NCBI GenBank assembly: GCA_951406725.2
Contig: OX597828.1
Location: 34,782,001-34,846,000 of the forward strand
From: Octopus vulgaris
Taxonomy: Eukaryota
DNA length: 64,000 bases
Direction of reading: 5' to 3'
Both the position numbers and the translations under genes were made by a program. Under the pieces are notes generated by a model that saw only the letters and a list, made by a program, of their open reading frames with translations, searched no databases and was not told where the DNA came from. Below, piece by piece: positions 1 to 13,540 of this stretch (position 1 is its first letter; every line of letters begins with the position of its first letter).

Positions 1-175
1 AAGTTGGTATTTTTGTGAATTGAACTCGGAAATTATAGATACGGAACGAATCCTGCAAGTCTCTGATGCTTCCGCCAAACTTTCGTCTCCGTCTCTAACA
101 GCAAGTGACATAAGTTATTTCTTAACTGTTTAATTCTTTCAGTTCGTCTATGGTTATCTATCTATCTATCTATCA

Positions 176-245
<70 letters not shown>

Positions 246-729
246 TTATCTGTCTGTCTATCTGTCTGTCTATCTATCTATCTATCTGTCTGTCTATCTG
301 TCTGTCTATCTATCTATCTATCTATATGTCTGTCTGTCTGTCTGTTAGTCAGTCAGTCTGTTTTTCTATCGAAGTAGCCACCTATCCATTCATCGGGTTG
401 TATATCGATAACTATGTGTATCTATGAGTTAATGAAAAAGAAGGAAAATGTAAATACAGCCGTTAATGATGATGATGATGATAATGATGATGATGACGAT
501 GATATGTCTCTAAAAACACTATTGCAAACTATATGCAGCGGAAGTGGAGGCCGTCATCGAGAATAAGCGTCATTTGTCCCTTGATGAAATGTCGACAAAA
601 TACAGTTTCAATTTTCCGTAACATAGATACACCACGTGCAACACATTTGCATAACAAATGCATTTGCATAACAAATGCATTTGCATAAAGCGTGCCACAT
701 GCACTCAGTGTCTGTAGTGCATGTGCTCT

Positions 730-945
730 AGGCAGGGCCCATATCTGCCAAATCCCCTCTCGCCAGTCCTCGGCCAGGTGTTGACAGGTCTGCTTTGGCT
801 CCCAGTCGAAACAGGCTCTCAGTGGTTCCTTTGTGAGCATGCGTGACACGTGACCAAGTTGTCGTCCGGGGTTTCATGATGATAATATCCTGTGGGTTAC
901 TCGGCCCACTCCTTTTCCGCGACTGCTTTATTCGTGATGTGGTCA
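730..945 (-). mobile_element. Degenerate RTE-like LINE fragment (RT C-terminal region)
   Basis: Minus-strand frames give DHITNKAV... and LGHVSRMLTKEPLRACFDWEP, resembling the 'D.I.N..V ... GHV.RM ... W.P' thumb region of RTE/CR1-group reverse transcriptases. Frameshifted. Confidence 0.5.
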
Positions 946-1556
946 CACCTAAAATGGAAAGTAATGTAATCCTTACACAACGCTAAAAAGATGGGAAGGT
1001 CATGGCTAGAATCACTTTGATCATAGGCCAGCACGACCAACGCTGACCTGGAGGATGAACAAAAAATATTAAAGAAAAATCATAAGCGATATTGATTTTT
1101 TTGGTTTTTGATAGTTTCTGATGAGGTCTCAATGAAATCGATCACAGCCCCTCTTCCGCGCGCACACACACACACGATTCTTAATCGAACATTTAAATTA
1201 GAAATATTTGAAAATCAATATTATTGTCATCGAAGCTGACGATAAATTGCTAAAGACAGTCGAACTTTTTTCATTTTCTGAGATCATTTTCGTTCTTTCA
1301 CAAACATCAACTTACGATGTGCCTAAACAATGCGCATCGGTAAGCTTACCTGGGGTCATCAGGTTTATTTAGGATTTCAATAGCCAGATGGATTCACTCC
1401 AGCCACCCAACGGTAGTTGGTCAGTTCCAGTCTTGTGCCAAAATAGTGCTATTCCATCCATTGAGACGATGCGTACTCTCCATTCATCTCGTTCTTGGTT
1501 TACTCAGACGTCTCTTGTCGGTTGACTCAACTTGAAGAATCCGTGAGCACTACATC

Positions 1557-2022
<466 letters not shown>

Positions 2023-2796
2023 TATGGTAATCATAAAGAAGAAATTTTGTATAGACGAATATAAACTCTGCTTAAAGTTGATGTACGACGCAGAAACAAA
2101 TGTCGTAATTTACTATAAATGCCTAATAACCTCCACCCTCGTGTTATATTGTCTTTGTATTAGTCTAATGCAATGAGGCGTACCACATGTGTATCCTGCC
2201 TGGAATATACCCTATGCCAGGGTAACATGTGGTAGCCAAATAAGTCCATAAGAGATCTCAAAATCACATTACGAGATTTTCACCCGAATTATACTAAATA
2301 TAGTATATGTATATATGTATTTAAACATCTCCTACACACATACACAGATATATACATTTTTAAATATAGTAAATATAGTGTAGATATATGTGTATATAGT
2401 ATATATTTACCTACTAAATATATTGATAAACAGAAAATAATGTAGAGAGAGGAGCAACAAATAACGAAATTCATTTGTCGCTAGATAGAGAGACGAAATA
2501 AAGCCAGCGTAGAAAGAAATTATTATTGATGCAGTCCCGGCGATTTTTATCTGTTGACGATCAGTTAAGCTATGCGGAGATTAATGGATCTAAATGGATT
2601 GGAAGTTTCTCGATAACAAAATAAATTGTAATATTCAGATGGCATCCCTGACAACCAACAAATGCAGTTTCGGGCGGAAATGAATGTTGATGCGAGGACA
2701 ACGGACTTGTCTTATGAACAAAGTCATATGGAAGTTTTCTTAGCGAGTCTCTTCTGTTAAGAATACTGACTTCCGGCTAGTCTGTCTGTCTGTCTG

Positions 2797-2851
<55 letters not shown>

Positions 2852-2939
2852 GCTTGTCTGTCTGTCTGTCTGTTCTGTCCATCTGCTTGTCTGTGATTAT
2901 ATATCCATGTAATACGCGTAGAGCTGTCTGAATAACTAT

Positions 2940-3027
<88 letters not shown>

Positions 3028-3097
3028 TTCTCTCTGTCTTTCTTTCTCTCTCTCTTTCTTTCTTTCTCTCTCTCTCTCTTTTCTATTTCTCTCTCTT

Positions 3098-3153
<56 letters not shown>

Positions 3154-3426
3154 GTATGCACACTGAGAGACAGCTCTTCAAACTGGTATATTTTACCGAA
3201 CTCTCTGGAACTCATAGATACTGAAATGAAGTTTCGCACAGACACACTCAAGCTCCTCGACCACAGACACACAGCATCCCCCCCCCCGGGCTTTTTCTAT
3301 TTCTCAAATGCTATTCCAATGACACCTGCTCCTTAGAGGGAAATGGTCTGCTATGCCAGCAGAGATGGTTCTAGATTAACACACACATACACATGCACTT
3401 ATACACGCATGTATGTGTATATATGA

Positions 3427-3461
<35 letters not shown>

Positions 3462-3680
3462 TATTTAGAATAGCGAAACTCGAAGTAGATAAAGCTATGG
3501 ATAATAGCGTGTAAATATTGTTAAAAAAACCCTTTGTATAGAAAAAGTCAAAGGTTGCCTGTGAGTGTTTAACTCAATATTTATATGCCATTATTTATAG
3601 TTTTATCTGTTTTGGGTTTCACTGTTCCAGAACAGATTTCACAATCTCTCAAAATGTATAAATTCTTATGACGTCAACAA

Positions 3681-3794
<114 letters not shown>

Positions 3795-3836
3795 ACTATC
3801 TATCTATCTCTATTTATCTGTCTGTATGTCTGTATG

Positions 3837-3891
<55 letters not shown>

Positions 3892-4355
3892 ATGTATGTA
3901 TGTATATATATGAGAGAGAGAGGGCGAGAGAGAGAGAGAAAAAAAGATGGTTTGCCTTACACTCCTTTACTCGTCCTTTCATAGTTGAAAAATTAGAATC
4001 CAACATGGCGGATTGGTGGGTTAAGGTTAGGATTAGGGTTGTAAGAACCTTCAGACCGGAATCCTTGCGGTATTTGTTCCGCTCTTTGTATCCTGAGATC
4101 AAATTCCGCTGTGGCCAACTCACGTGGTGTACTTAACCGTCATCTGGTTCAGCACCATCGCAAAATACTTCGGGTAACTTTCGCCTCGTCCACTCTGCAG
4201 CAAAATATTCGGGTTTCTCTCCAGCTTGGGTACGATTTCCGCCATTCCGATTCTGTCCCACAACAATCACTGGCTATATGATGACATTTATTCTTTCGCT
4301 GGATGGTGTCAATTTTGTGTCTTGCTCCTCCCACCCAGAAACGGAACAGCACCCT

Positions 4356-4984
4356 ATGTATGTATGTATGTATGTATGTATGTATGTATGTATGTATGTA
4401 TGTATGTATGTATGTATGTATGTATGTATGTATGTGTGTATGAATGTGTGTATGTATGTACGTATGTATGTATGAACGTACGTATGTATGTGTGTGTATG
4501 TATGTGTGTAATATGTGTGTGTATGTGTGTATGTGTGCATGCGTGTTTGTATGTATGTGTGTGTGTATGTATGTATTTATGTATTTATGTATGTATGTAT
4601 GTATTTATGTATTTATGTATGTATGTGTGTGTATGTATGTATGTATGTATGTATTTATGTATGTATGTACGTGTATGTGTGTATGTATGTACGTATGTAT
4701 GTATGTATGAACGTACGTATGTATGTATGTATGTGTGTGTGTGTATGTATGTATGCATATGTGTATATGTGTGTATGTATGTATGTGTGTATGTATATGT
4801 GTATGTGTGTATGTGTGCATGCATGTATGTATGTATGTATGTGTGTTTATGTATGTGTGTGTATGTATGTATGCGTGTGTATGTATGTGTGTATGTATGT
4901 ATATATATGTATGCCTCTGTGTGTGTGTGTGCGCGCGTGCGCGTGGGTTTGTGTGTATGTGTGCGTGCGTGTATGTGTGTGTGT
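4356..4984. repeat. Long compound (TATG)n/(TG)n microsatellite, representative of dozens in the window
   Basis: Direct inspection. Other large tracts include 9274-9528, 12080-12310, 19300-19580, 28355-28780, 39108-39292 and 50006-50400. Confidence 0.95.
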
Positions 4985-4989
4985 TTAAA

Positions 4990-5290
4990 GGCACGTGGCT
5001 CAGTGGTTAGGGTATTCACCTCACGATCGTAAAGTCGTGAGTTCGAATACCGGCGACGCGACGTGTCCTTCAGCAAGACTCTTTATTTCAAGTTGCCCCA
5101 TTGCATTCAGCAGGCAAAAGTGAGTTTTACCTCTCTTGACCTTATGTGTCACGCTGAATCTCCCCGAGAACTACGTTAAGCGTACGCGTGTCTGTGAAGT
5201 ATTCATCCACTCGTACGTTAATAACACGAGCCGGCTGTTCCGTTAATCAGATTAACTGGAACATCGTCGCAAACGACGGAGTACCAGTTT
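4990..5290 (+). mobile_element. tRNA-derived SINE, family C
   Basis: A box TGGCTCAGTGG, B box GAGTTCGAATAC, core GTGTCCTT(C/G)AGCAAGAC and tail ...GTGTCACGCTGAATCTCCC...GACGGAGTACCA. Homologous to 11478-11808 and 58655-58990. Confidence 0.8.
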
Positions 5291-5320
5291 AAGTTTTTTA
5301 TGTAGATATATGTATGTATG

Positions 5321-5415
5321 TCTCTTCTATTTATCAATTATTATAAATCTTCCACCGAGGAGGGAACCAGTTTCCCACAAAGATACAAGGCTCCATCTTT
5401 GGGATGTAGTTAACG
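5321..5415 (-). mobile_element. 3' UTR end of an RLE-type LINE running into CATA repeats
   Basis: Minus strand CATCCCAAAAGATGGAGCCTTGTATCTTTGTGGGAAAC...AATAGAAGAGA-CATACATACA matches the 3' UTR at 51250-51343. Confidence 0.65.
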
Positions 5416-5418
5416 ATA

Positions 5419-5840
5419 GGCGCAGGAGTGGCTGTGTGGTAAGTAGTTTGCTTACCAGCCACATGGTTCCGGGTTCAGTCCCACTGCGTGGCATCTTGAG
5501 CAAGTGTCTTCTACTATAGCCTCGGGCCAACCAAAGCCTTGTGAGTGGATTTGGTAGACGGAAACTGAAAGAAGCCTGTCGTATATATGTATGTATATAT
5601 ATATATGTGTGTGTGTATGTTTGTGTGTCTGTGTTTGTCCCCCTAGCATTGCTTGACAACCGATGCTGGTGTGTTTAGGTCCCCGTTACTTAGCGGGTTA
5701 GCGGTTCGGCAAAAGAGACCGATAGAATAAGTACTGGGCTTACAAAGAATAAGTCCTGGGGTCGATTTGCTCGACTAAAGGCGGTGCTCCAGCATGGCCA
5801 CAGTTAAATGACTGAAACAAGTAAAAGAGTAAGAGAGAGA
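5419..5840 (+). mobile_element. tRNA-derived SINE, family A, near full length
   Basis: GGCGCAGGAGTGGCTGTGTGGTAAG...GGTTCAGTCCCACTGCGTGG head. Highly similar to 37744-38205. Confidence 0.85.
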
Positions 5841-6355
5841 GTAATAAATTACAATTACATATGTATGTATGTATGTACGGGAGAAGGGGTGTAAAGCTTT
5901 CACGGTTGAAAGAACACAAAATTGTCGTCGACAGAGAGGCATCGGGCAAAACATGACAATTGAGTTTTCCGCAACAGCCGTAACAGCAGCAGTAGTAGTA
6001 GTCCCGCCTCTGACCTTTGTCGTCTATTGGTCTTAAAATATATGACGTCAGACAGAATATGTCGCCAAGCAGGACCAATAGCTGATACGCGTTGAATCCT
6101 GGAAGACACAGGTGTATCGATACGATAAATAAATAAATAAATAAAAACAACTTTGGAGATTGTTCCGGAATATTCGAGACGCAGGTATTTTGGGAAAAAC
6201 AATTTATACAGTACATTAGGTTGTGATTTCATTAAAGAAACGCACATCAGAAATATTTACCTGTAAATGAAATAAAATACTGACAGTCATGTCTTCAAGG
6301 ATAGGTTAATTCTTTTTTCTGTGTATTTTTTTTATGTTCATAAATATTCCTATGT

Positions 6356-6657
6356 GGAGGCACATGGCCCAGTGGTTAGAGCAACGGACTCGAAGTCGAG
6401 GGATCGCAGGTTCGAATCTCACACTGGGTGATGTGTGTGTTTATGAGCGAAACACCTGAGCTCCACGCGGTCCCGGCAGAAGGTAATGGCGAACTTCTGC
6501 TGACTCTTTCGCAACAACTTTCTCTCACTCTTTCCTATTGCATCTTGCAGCTCACCTGCGACGGACCGGCGTCCCGTCCAGGTGGGGATCCTATATGCCA
6601 AGGAAGCCGGAAACTGGCCCTATGAGCCAGGCATGGCTCGAGAGGGAACAAACAAAT
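6356..6657 (+). mobile_element. tRNA-derived SINE, family D
   Basis: A box TGGCCCAGTGG and B box GGTTCGAATCT. Head and body are homologous to the minus-strand copies ending at 35985 and 56583. Ends in an AACAAACAA tail. Confidence 0.8.
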
Positions 6658-6677
6658 ACTCCTAAACATTTGTAGAT

Positions 6678-7033
6678 AGGCACAAGTCAAGATTGTGTGG
6701 TTAAGGAGCTCACTTCGCAACTGGGTGGTTTCTGGTTCGATCCCATCGTGTGGCATCTTGGGTAGGTGTCTTCCAACATAGCCTCGGGCCAACCAACGCC
6801 TTGCGAGCGCATTTGGCAGGAGGAAACTGTGGAAGTTAGTCGTATTTTCTTTTTTTCTTTTACTTCTTTTAGTCATTTGACTGCGGCCATGCTGGAGCAC
6901 TACGTTTAGCCGAAAAATCTTTGTAAGCTTATTACTTTTTCTGTCGGCTCTTTTGCCGAACCACTAAGTCACGGGGATGTGAACACACCATCTGTGGTCA
7001 AGCGATGGAGGGGTGACAAACACAGACACATAC

Positions 7034-7077
<44 letters not shown>

Positions 7078-7408
7078 CGAGGGGCTGCTTTCAGTTTCCA
7101 TCTACCAAATCTACTCTCAAGGCTTTGGTCGGCCCGAAGCTATAGTAGAAAACACTTGCCCAAGGTTCTACGCAGTGGGACTGAACCCGGAACCATGTGG
7201 TTGGGAAGGAAACTTCTTACCACACAGCCACTCCTATACATATATACAACGGGATTCTTTCAGTTTCCGCCTACCAAATCTACTTACAAGGCTTTGGTCG
7301 GCCCGTGGCTATAGTAGAAGACAGTTGCCCAAAGTGCCACGCAGCGGGGACGGAACCCGGAACCATATGGTTGGGAAGCAAGCTACTTACCACACAGTCA
7401 CTCCTGCG

Positions 7409-7410
<2 letters not shown>
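6678..7410. mobile_element. Cluster of family A SINE pieces (one + head, two - copies)
   Basis: A plus-strand head at about 6678-6840, and minus-strand copies at about 6850-7235 and 7245-7410, all with family A motifs. Confidence 0.75.
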
Positions 7411-7471
<61 letters not shown>

Positions 7472-7526
7472 CATACATGCATATATACATACATGTATAT
7501 TATATACATGCATATATACATACATA

Positions 7527-7563
<37 letters not shown>

Positions 7564-8630
7564 TCGATATTAGAAATAATAACCAAATCGTTTTAAAGCA
7601 CTCACACCCACACACACGAGCGCGCGCGCATGCTATCATAAAAACAGAGAAAAATGGGAATGCCTTTACTTAGAATCTGTTCGATCAAGGCTGACCAGGG
7701 ACATAATAACTATAGCGTTCAAATCAGTAATGAAGCCTGTATGTGGGCATTCAACAAGCTAGAAATAGCGGTCAAATCTCTTACAAGATATATATGACAC
7801 TTGTCGACGTAATGTATCGTAGGCTTTTTGCAGCACGTTGGTGACTCTACAATGAAAGTCTTCCCTGATTCAACGCGAGTTCTCCCATCGGATGAAGTCA
7901 TAGCGTTACTCCATCCTGACTTCCTTGGCAGAGAAATCCCTATGAGGTAGCTTGCCATAGCCTTCCCTTATTGGATCTTCGTTGGCCTACAAGGAGCTCA
8001 TCCGTTCCTCGTTGAAGTCCTCTGGTTTTAGTCCTGCTGGATATCCAGACACTCAACACAAGAGCAGAAATCTACTCAAGAGAGGGAGCTGTTTAGTGGC
8101 TGACCACTCGACAATGGAACTAGTAGTGCTTGATTCCATGGTACCAGAAGCAGACCTTATCAGCCTGTGATGAGATCCCTGACCTGACTATATTACACGA
8201 CTAGTTTAAAAACAGCACACTTTGTGACTTTGTGAATACTGAAAATCTAGCTACACTTAGAAAGTTGATGTGGTCTTTGCTGGAATGCCATTTTTTGATC
8301 GCCGGTTTGCCGAACCAGTGCTGAACAACTACCATAATATATGCCACAATCAGAACCACCGCAACAGCAACAACAACGACAACAACAAAAGCCGCCACCA
8401 CTACCACAATAACTCCGTAGTGTACTTCACTTAATAATAGATCGACAACTACCTCAAGACCAATTAGTGCAGTTCGTTCCCTCGCTGTTCACTCACCTGT
8501 AATTAAAACTTCAATACAATATATTTATCCCACAAACAACTAGCTTTGATGATGGTTTGTGATGATGGCGACGAAAAAAGTTCAGCACATCTTTCTTCAA
8601 GTGGAATTAGACACATTAATATCTCCGTTC

Positions 8631-8678
<48 letters not shown>

Positions 8679-9273
8679 TCCTCCCTCACTCCCTTGATTC
8701 ACTCGGACGTCGAATACATAGAAAAGTGCGAATGACTCAATAGAAAGTAGCTTAATAAAGCTTTCACGTTGTGCATTTAAGCAGACATGCATAAATGAAT
8801 AGCTGTATTCACGGGTGTTCATGCACGCGCACACGCACACGCACACGAAAACACTTACATATGTAATTGTGTGCCTGATTTCTTTTGGGTTTCGACAATG
8901 GGGGTGAACTACTGATTGAATTACAATAAAAGGGGCTGAGGATTTCTCTGTTCCTTTGCACCCGTAACGTAAATTGACACGGTGCGTGTGACAAAGATGG
9001 GTGCCCTGTTATAGGCACGGTCCATTCGGTAGGCTTCCACACAGTTTCCGTCTAATGAATTTTACTCATTGAGCTTAGATCAACTTAAAGTACCGTACGA
9101 TTGAATGAGATGGTGTCCGATACCTCATAATCGCGAACCATGTGTGCTCTCTTTCCTTTTTAATTATTCGGATTTTTCCTGGAAGAAAGAAATCTAATTT
9201 CAATCAAATTTACAAAGCACCATCGTTACAATGTAGACAACGGAACGAATGTCACATGAATGCATCAATATGC

Positions 9274-9354
<81 letters not shown>

Positions 9355-9355
9355 A

Positions 9356-9516
<161 letters not shown>

Positions 9517-10438
9517 ATCTATCTATATATACTTTATTTTAAGCAGCAGAAAATTCAACAAAATCTGTTATATATATATATATATATATATACATATACA
9601 GGAATGATATTTAGGTGTGTGTAAATATATATACGCGCGCAGCGCATACAAACATTTATGCACATTTACACATGTATATATGTGTATATATATATATATG
9701 TGTACATATATATATGTGTGTGTGTGTGTGTGTGTATAGGCGGGGTGTTTGTCTGCTTGCGTGTGTGTTTAAATAATCATGATGTATATAGGTGTGTATG
9801 CGTAAATATTTGTCATGTGTGCCTGTATATATGCTTACGTTGGTTTTTATTCTAATGCACACACATATATATTTCAAAACATACATAATTCAGGCCTACC
9901 TACATACATACATACATACACACATATATAAATTCATACATATATATTTACATATTTACATATATACATACATACATATTTACATATATACATACATGCA
10001 TGTATCATATATTCCACCATGATTGAATGTATTGATCAAAGTGATATGTCGCCAAACTACTACCATTTGAAATAAAAATGATATAAAACAAAAACAGAAC
10101 TAGTTATTAACACGTATGTGATATTATGTCATATGAGAGTCTGTGCTATATAAGCTACTATAACGGCTTGCTGCTGCAGATGGCGACGGTGCTAGTAGCT
10201 ATAATGGTGTTACTGTGGCAGCAGATGACAGTGGAGGAGGTGGAGCAGGAGGAGAAGAGGGAGGAGGAGGTGGTGGTGAAGCAGGTGATGCTGTTGGGGA
10301 TGGTGGAGGTTAATCGAAAGAGTGCATACATACCTGAACACTTTAGCTTTAGAATTTCTCATTTGCGTACGTGTGTGTGTTTGTGTGTGTGTGTGTGTGA
10401 GTGTGTTTGTGTGTGCGTGTGAGTGTGTTTGTGCGTAC

Positions 10439-10473
<35 letters not shown>

Positions 10474-10478
10474 TTGTG

Positions 10479-10510
<32 letters not shown>

Positions 10511-10521
10511 AGTGGCTTTTA

Positions 10522-10558
<37 letters not shown>

Positions 10559-10748
10559 TTTTCGTCTGTAAGTGCATAAATATATATATATACATACATA
10601 TTTATATCTATATATCTATATCTATATATGCATATATTTGTGTATGTGTGTATGTATGTATGTATGCACACATTTAAACGTATGTGCATGTATATATATG
10701 TGTGTATACATACATTCACACATATTTATACATGTTTGAGATTATAGC

Positions 10749-10793
<45 letters not shown>

Positions 10794-11042
10794 AACATAT
10801 TTGCATATATGAATATATATAAGATGTACACCACACAAACACACACACATATGTACACGGTATGTCTGTGTGTGTATGCACACATGTGTGAGAGTGTGTT
10901 GTTTAGAGAGAATGAGTGATTAATAGCGAAAGAGATAATGACACGGAGGGGTGAGAAGGAGAGGATGATGAATGAAGTGTGAAGAACGAGTGTGAATAAA
11001 CGACACTGTGCAGTTCTTTATTATATCATGAACGTTTATAGA

Positions 11043-11139
<97 letters not shown>

Positions 11140-11366
11140 TGTATGTGTGTATGTGTGTGCATATGTTTGTATGTCTGTTTTTGCACCCCACCCCCACCGC
11201 AACATCGCTTGGCAACCAATGCCGTAACTTAGCGGCTCGGCAAAAAGGAACGATAGAATAAGTACTAGTCTTACAAAGAATAAGTCCTGGGGTCGATTTG
11301 CTCGACTAAAGGCGGTGCTCCAGCATGGTCGCAGTCAAAATGACTGAAGCAAGTAAAAGAATAAAA

Positions 11367-11866
<500 letters not shown>

Positions 11867-11868
<2 letters not shown>

Positions 11869-12080
11869 ACGGGAAGCTTTATGAAAATAGACAAAAGACG
11901 AAGGCAGGTGGAATACAAACAAACAATTGTATTAGTATGGCGCTCAGGAATATAAATAAAACAAGTCTTTTACGTTTCGAGCCTACGCTCTTCAACAGAA
12001 AGATACACAGAAAAGAAACACAGAAAGAAGGAGAGAAAAAAATGCGTGCAGAGGCTAGCGAATCAACATGACGATCTACT
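11867..12080 (-). mobile_element. Penelope-like pseudo-LTR fragment embedded in (TA)n
   Basis: About 210-bp non-microsatellite island flanked on both sides by (TA)n and containing a minimal HHR motif. The PLE assignment is inferred from that motif. Confidence 0.55.
11966..12003 (-). ncRNA. Minimal type-I hammerhead ribozyme motif (A6U core variant)
   Basis: Minus strand reads UCUUU CUGUUGA A GAGC GUAG GCUC GAAA CG UA AAAGA: 5-bp stem I, 4-bp stem II, palindromic ACGU stem III. Core is CUGUUGA instead of CUGANGA. Confidence 0.6.
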
Positions 12081-12123
12081 ATATATATATATGTATATGT
12101 ATATATGTATATATATATATATG

Positions 12124-12214
<91 letters not shown>

Positions 12215-12261
12215 ATATATATATGTATGTATATATATGTATATGTATATATATGTATATG

Positions 12262-12305
<44 letters not shown>

Positions 12306-13335
12306 ATTATATATGCATGGATGCACAATGTACGTATTTGTATACGTATGTACATATGTATGTATGTACACATTATCAATATAAGTATGTGCGCATAAAT
12401 GGATAGATGTAGCAAGCCTGTATATATATGCATCTATGGTTATTTTGTTCCTTTGTCAGTGAATACTGGGCGGGAATAAATGCTATTCTTTCAGACCATG
12501 TCATTCGAAACGCAACTGTCATCTTCTTCCTGTACCTTGTGATCAAATAAATTCTCTACAACACATCCTCCTAAATGCGTTCTCTATTTTTATAAGCTAG
12601 ACTATCTCGAACCTACCACCACCCAGGCATTCATTGTATTAATGCCCCAAGATAAAATCAGATATTCATACGTACACAAACCATATAATAACGGATGTTG
12701 TTACGTGTTTTTATGGACTTTGTATTTTTTAATTTCTATTGGCTATTACAAGAAGTGTGGCGATTGGTAAAATGAGATTAATGGAATGCTTTTAATTCAT
12801 TCATCGTATGTTTATTATGTTGGTAGTGATGAAACGTGATATATTTTTGTGTGGAATCTTATAACGTAATGCTTGTCGGTGTAGGAAGCAAAATATTTCG
12901 TAATGATTGTAACATTACAACATGTTATATAATACGATGTGTTTTAATGGCTCTTATCTGTAAATGCATAGTTCATTTATGGAATAGTGTAGTAGTGTAG
13001 TACATGATGATGTATGACACATCTGTTTTTCCAGGAATGTTACTCTCCAAAGATACATTTAATAAATAACACACACAGACACATACACATACACACATAC
13101 ACACAGGCATGTACATATAAATATATAAATATAGATACACATATAGGCGTAGGCGTGGCTGTGTGGTAAGAAGTTTGTTTTCCAACAACATAGTTCCGGG
13201 TTCAGTTCCACTGTGTGGCACCTTGGGCAGGTGTCTTCTACTTTAGCCTCAACCGAAGAGATGCTGGTGCGGGTTTCCACCCCGACATCCGTAAGCCGGA
13301 GTTTTATCATGGCTACAGAATAATTGCCACATATA

Positions 13336-13389
<54 letters not shown>

Positions 13390-13540
13390 AGAGAAAGAGA
13401 GAGAGAAATATACGTATATAAATACACACACACGCTCACACACATAAACTTATTTAATAACAGTTTGATTTGGTTCAAAGCATCTTAACGCTTCATAGGC
13501 TCGTCAGACGAACCTATCTCACCAGGCTCGTGTATATATA

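Noticed and set aside
4018-4041. Telomere-like GGTTAAGGTTAGGATTAGGGTT
   Set aside because: Only about four degenerate units next to a decayed SINE piece, not an interstitial telomere array.
6356-6430. tRNA-like sequence, as in other SINE heads
   Set aside because: A and B boxes are present, but I see no proper acceptor stem and each continues into a SINE body, so these are not tRNA genes.
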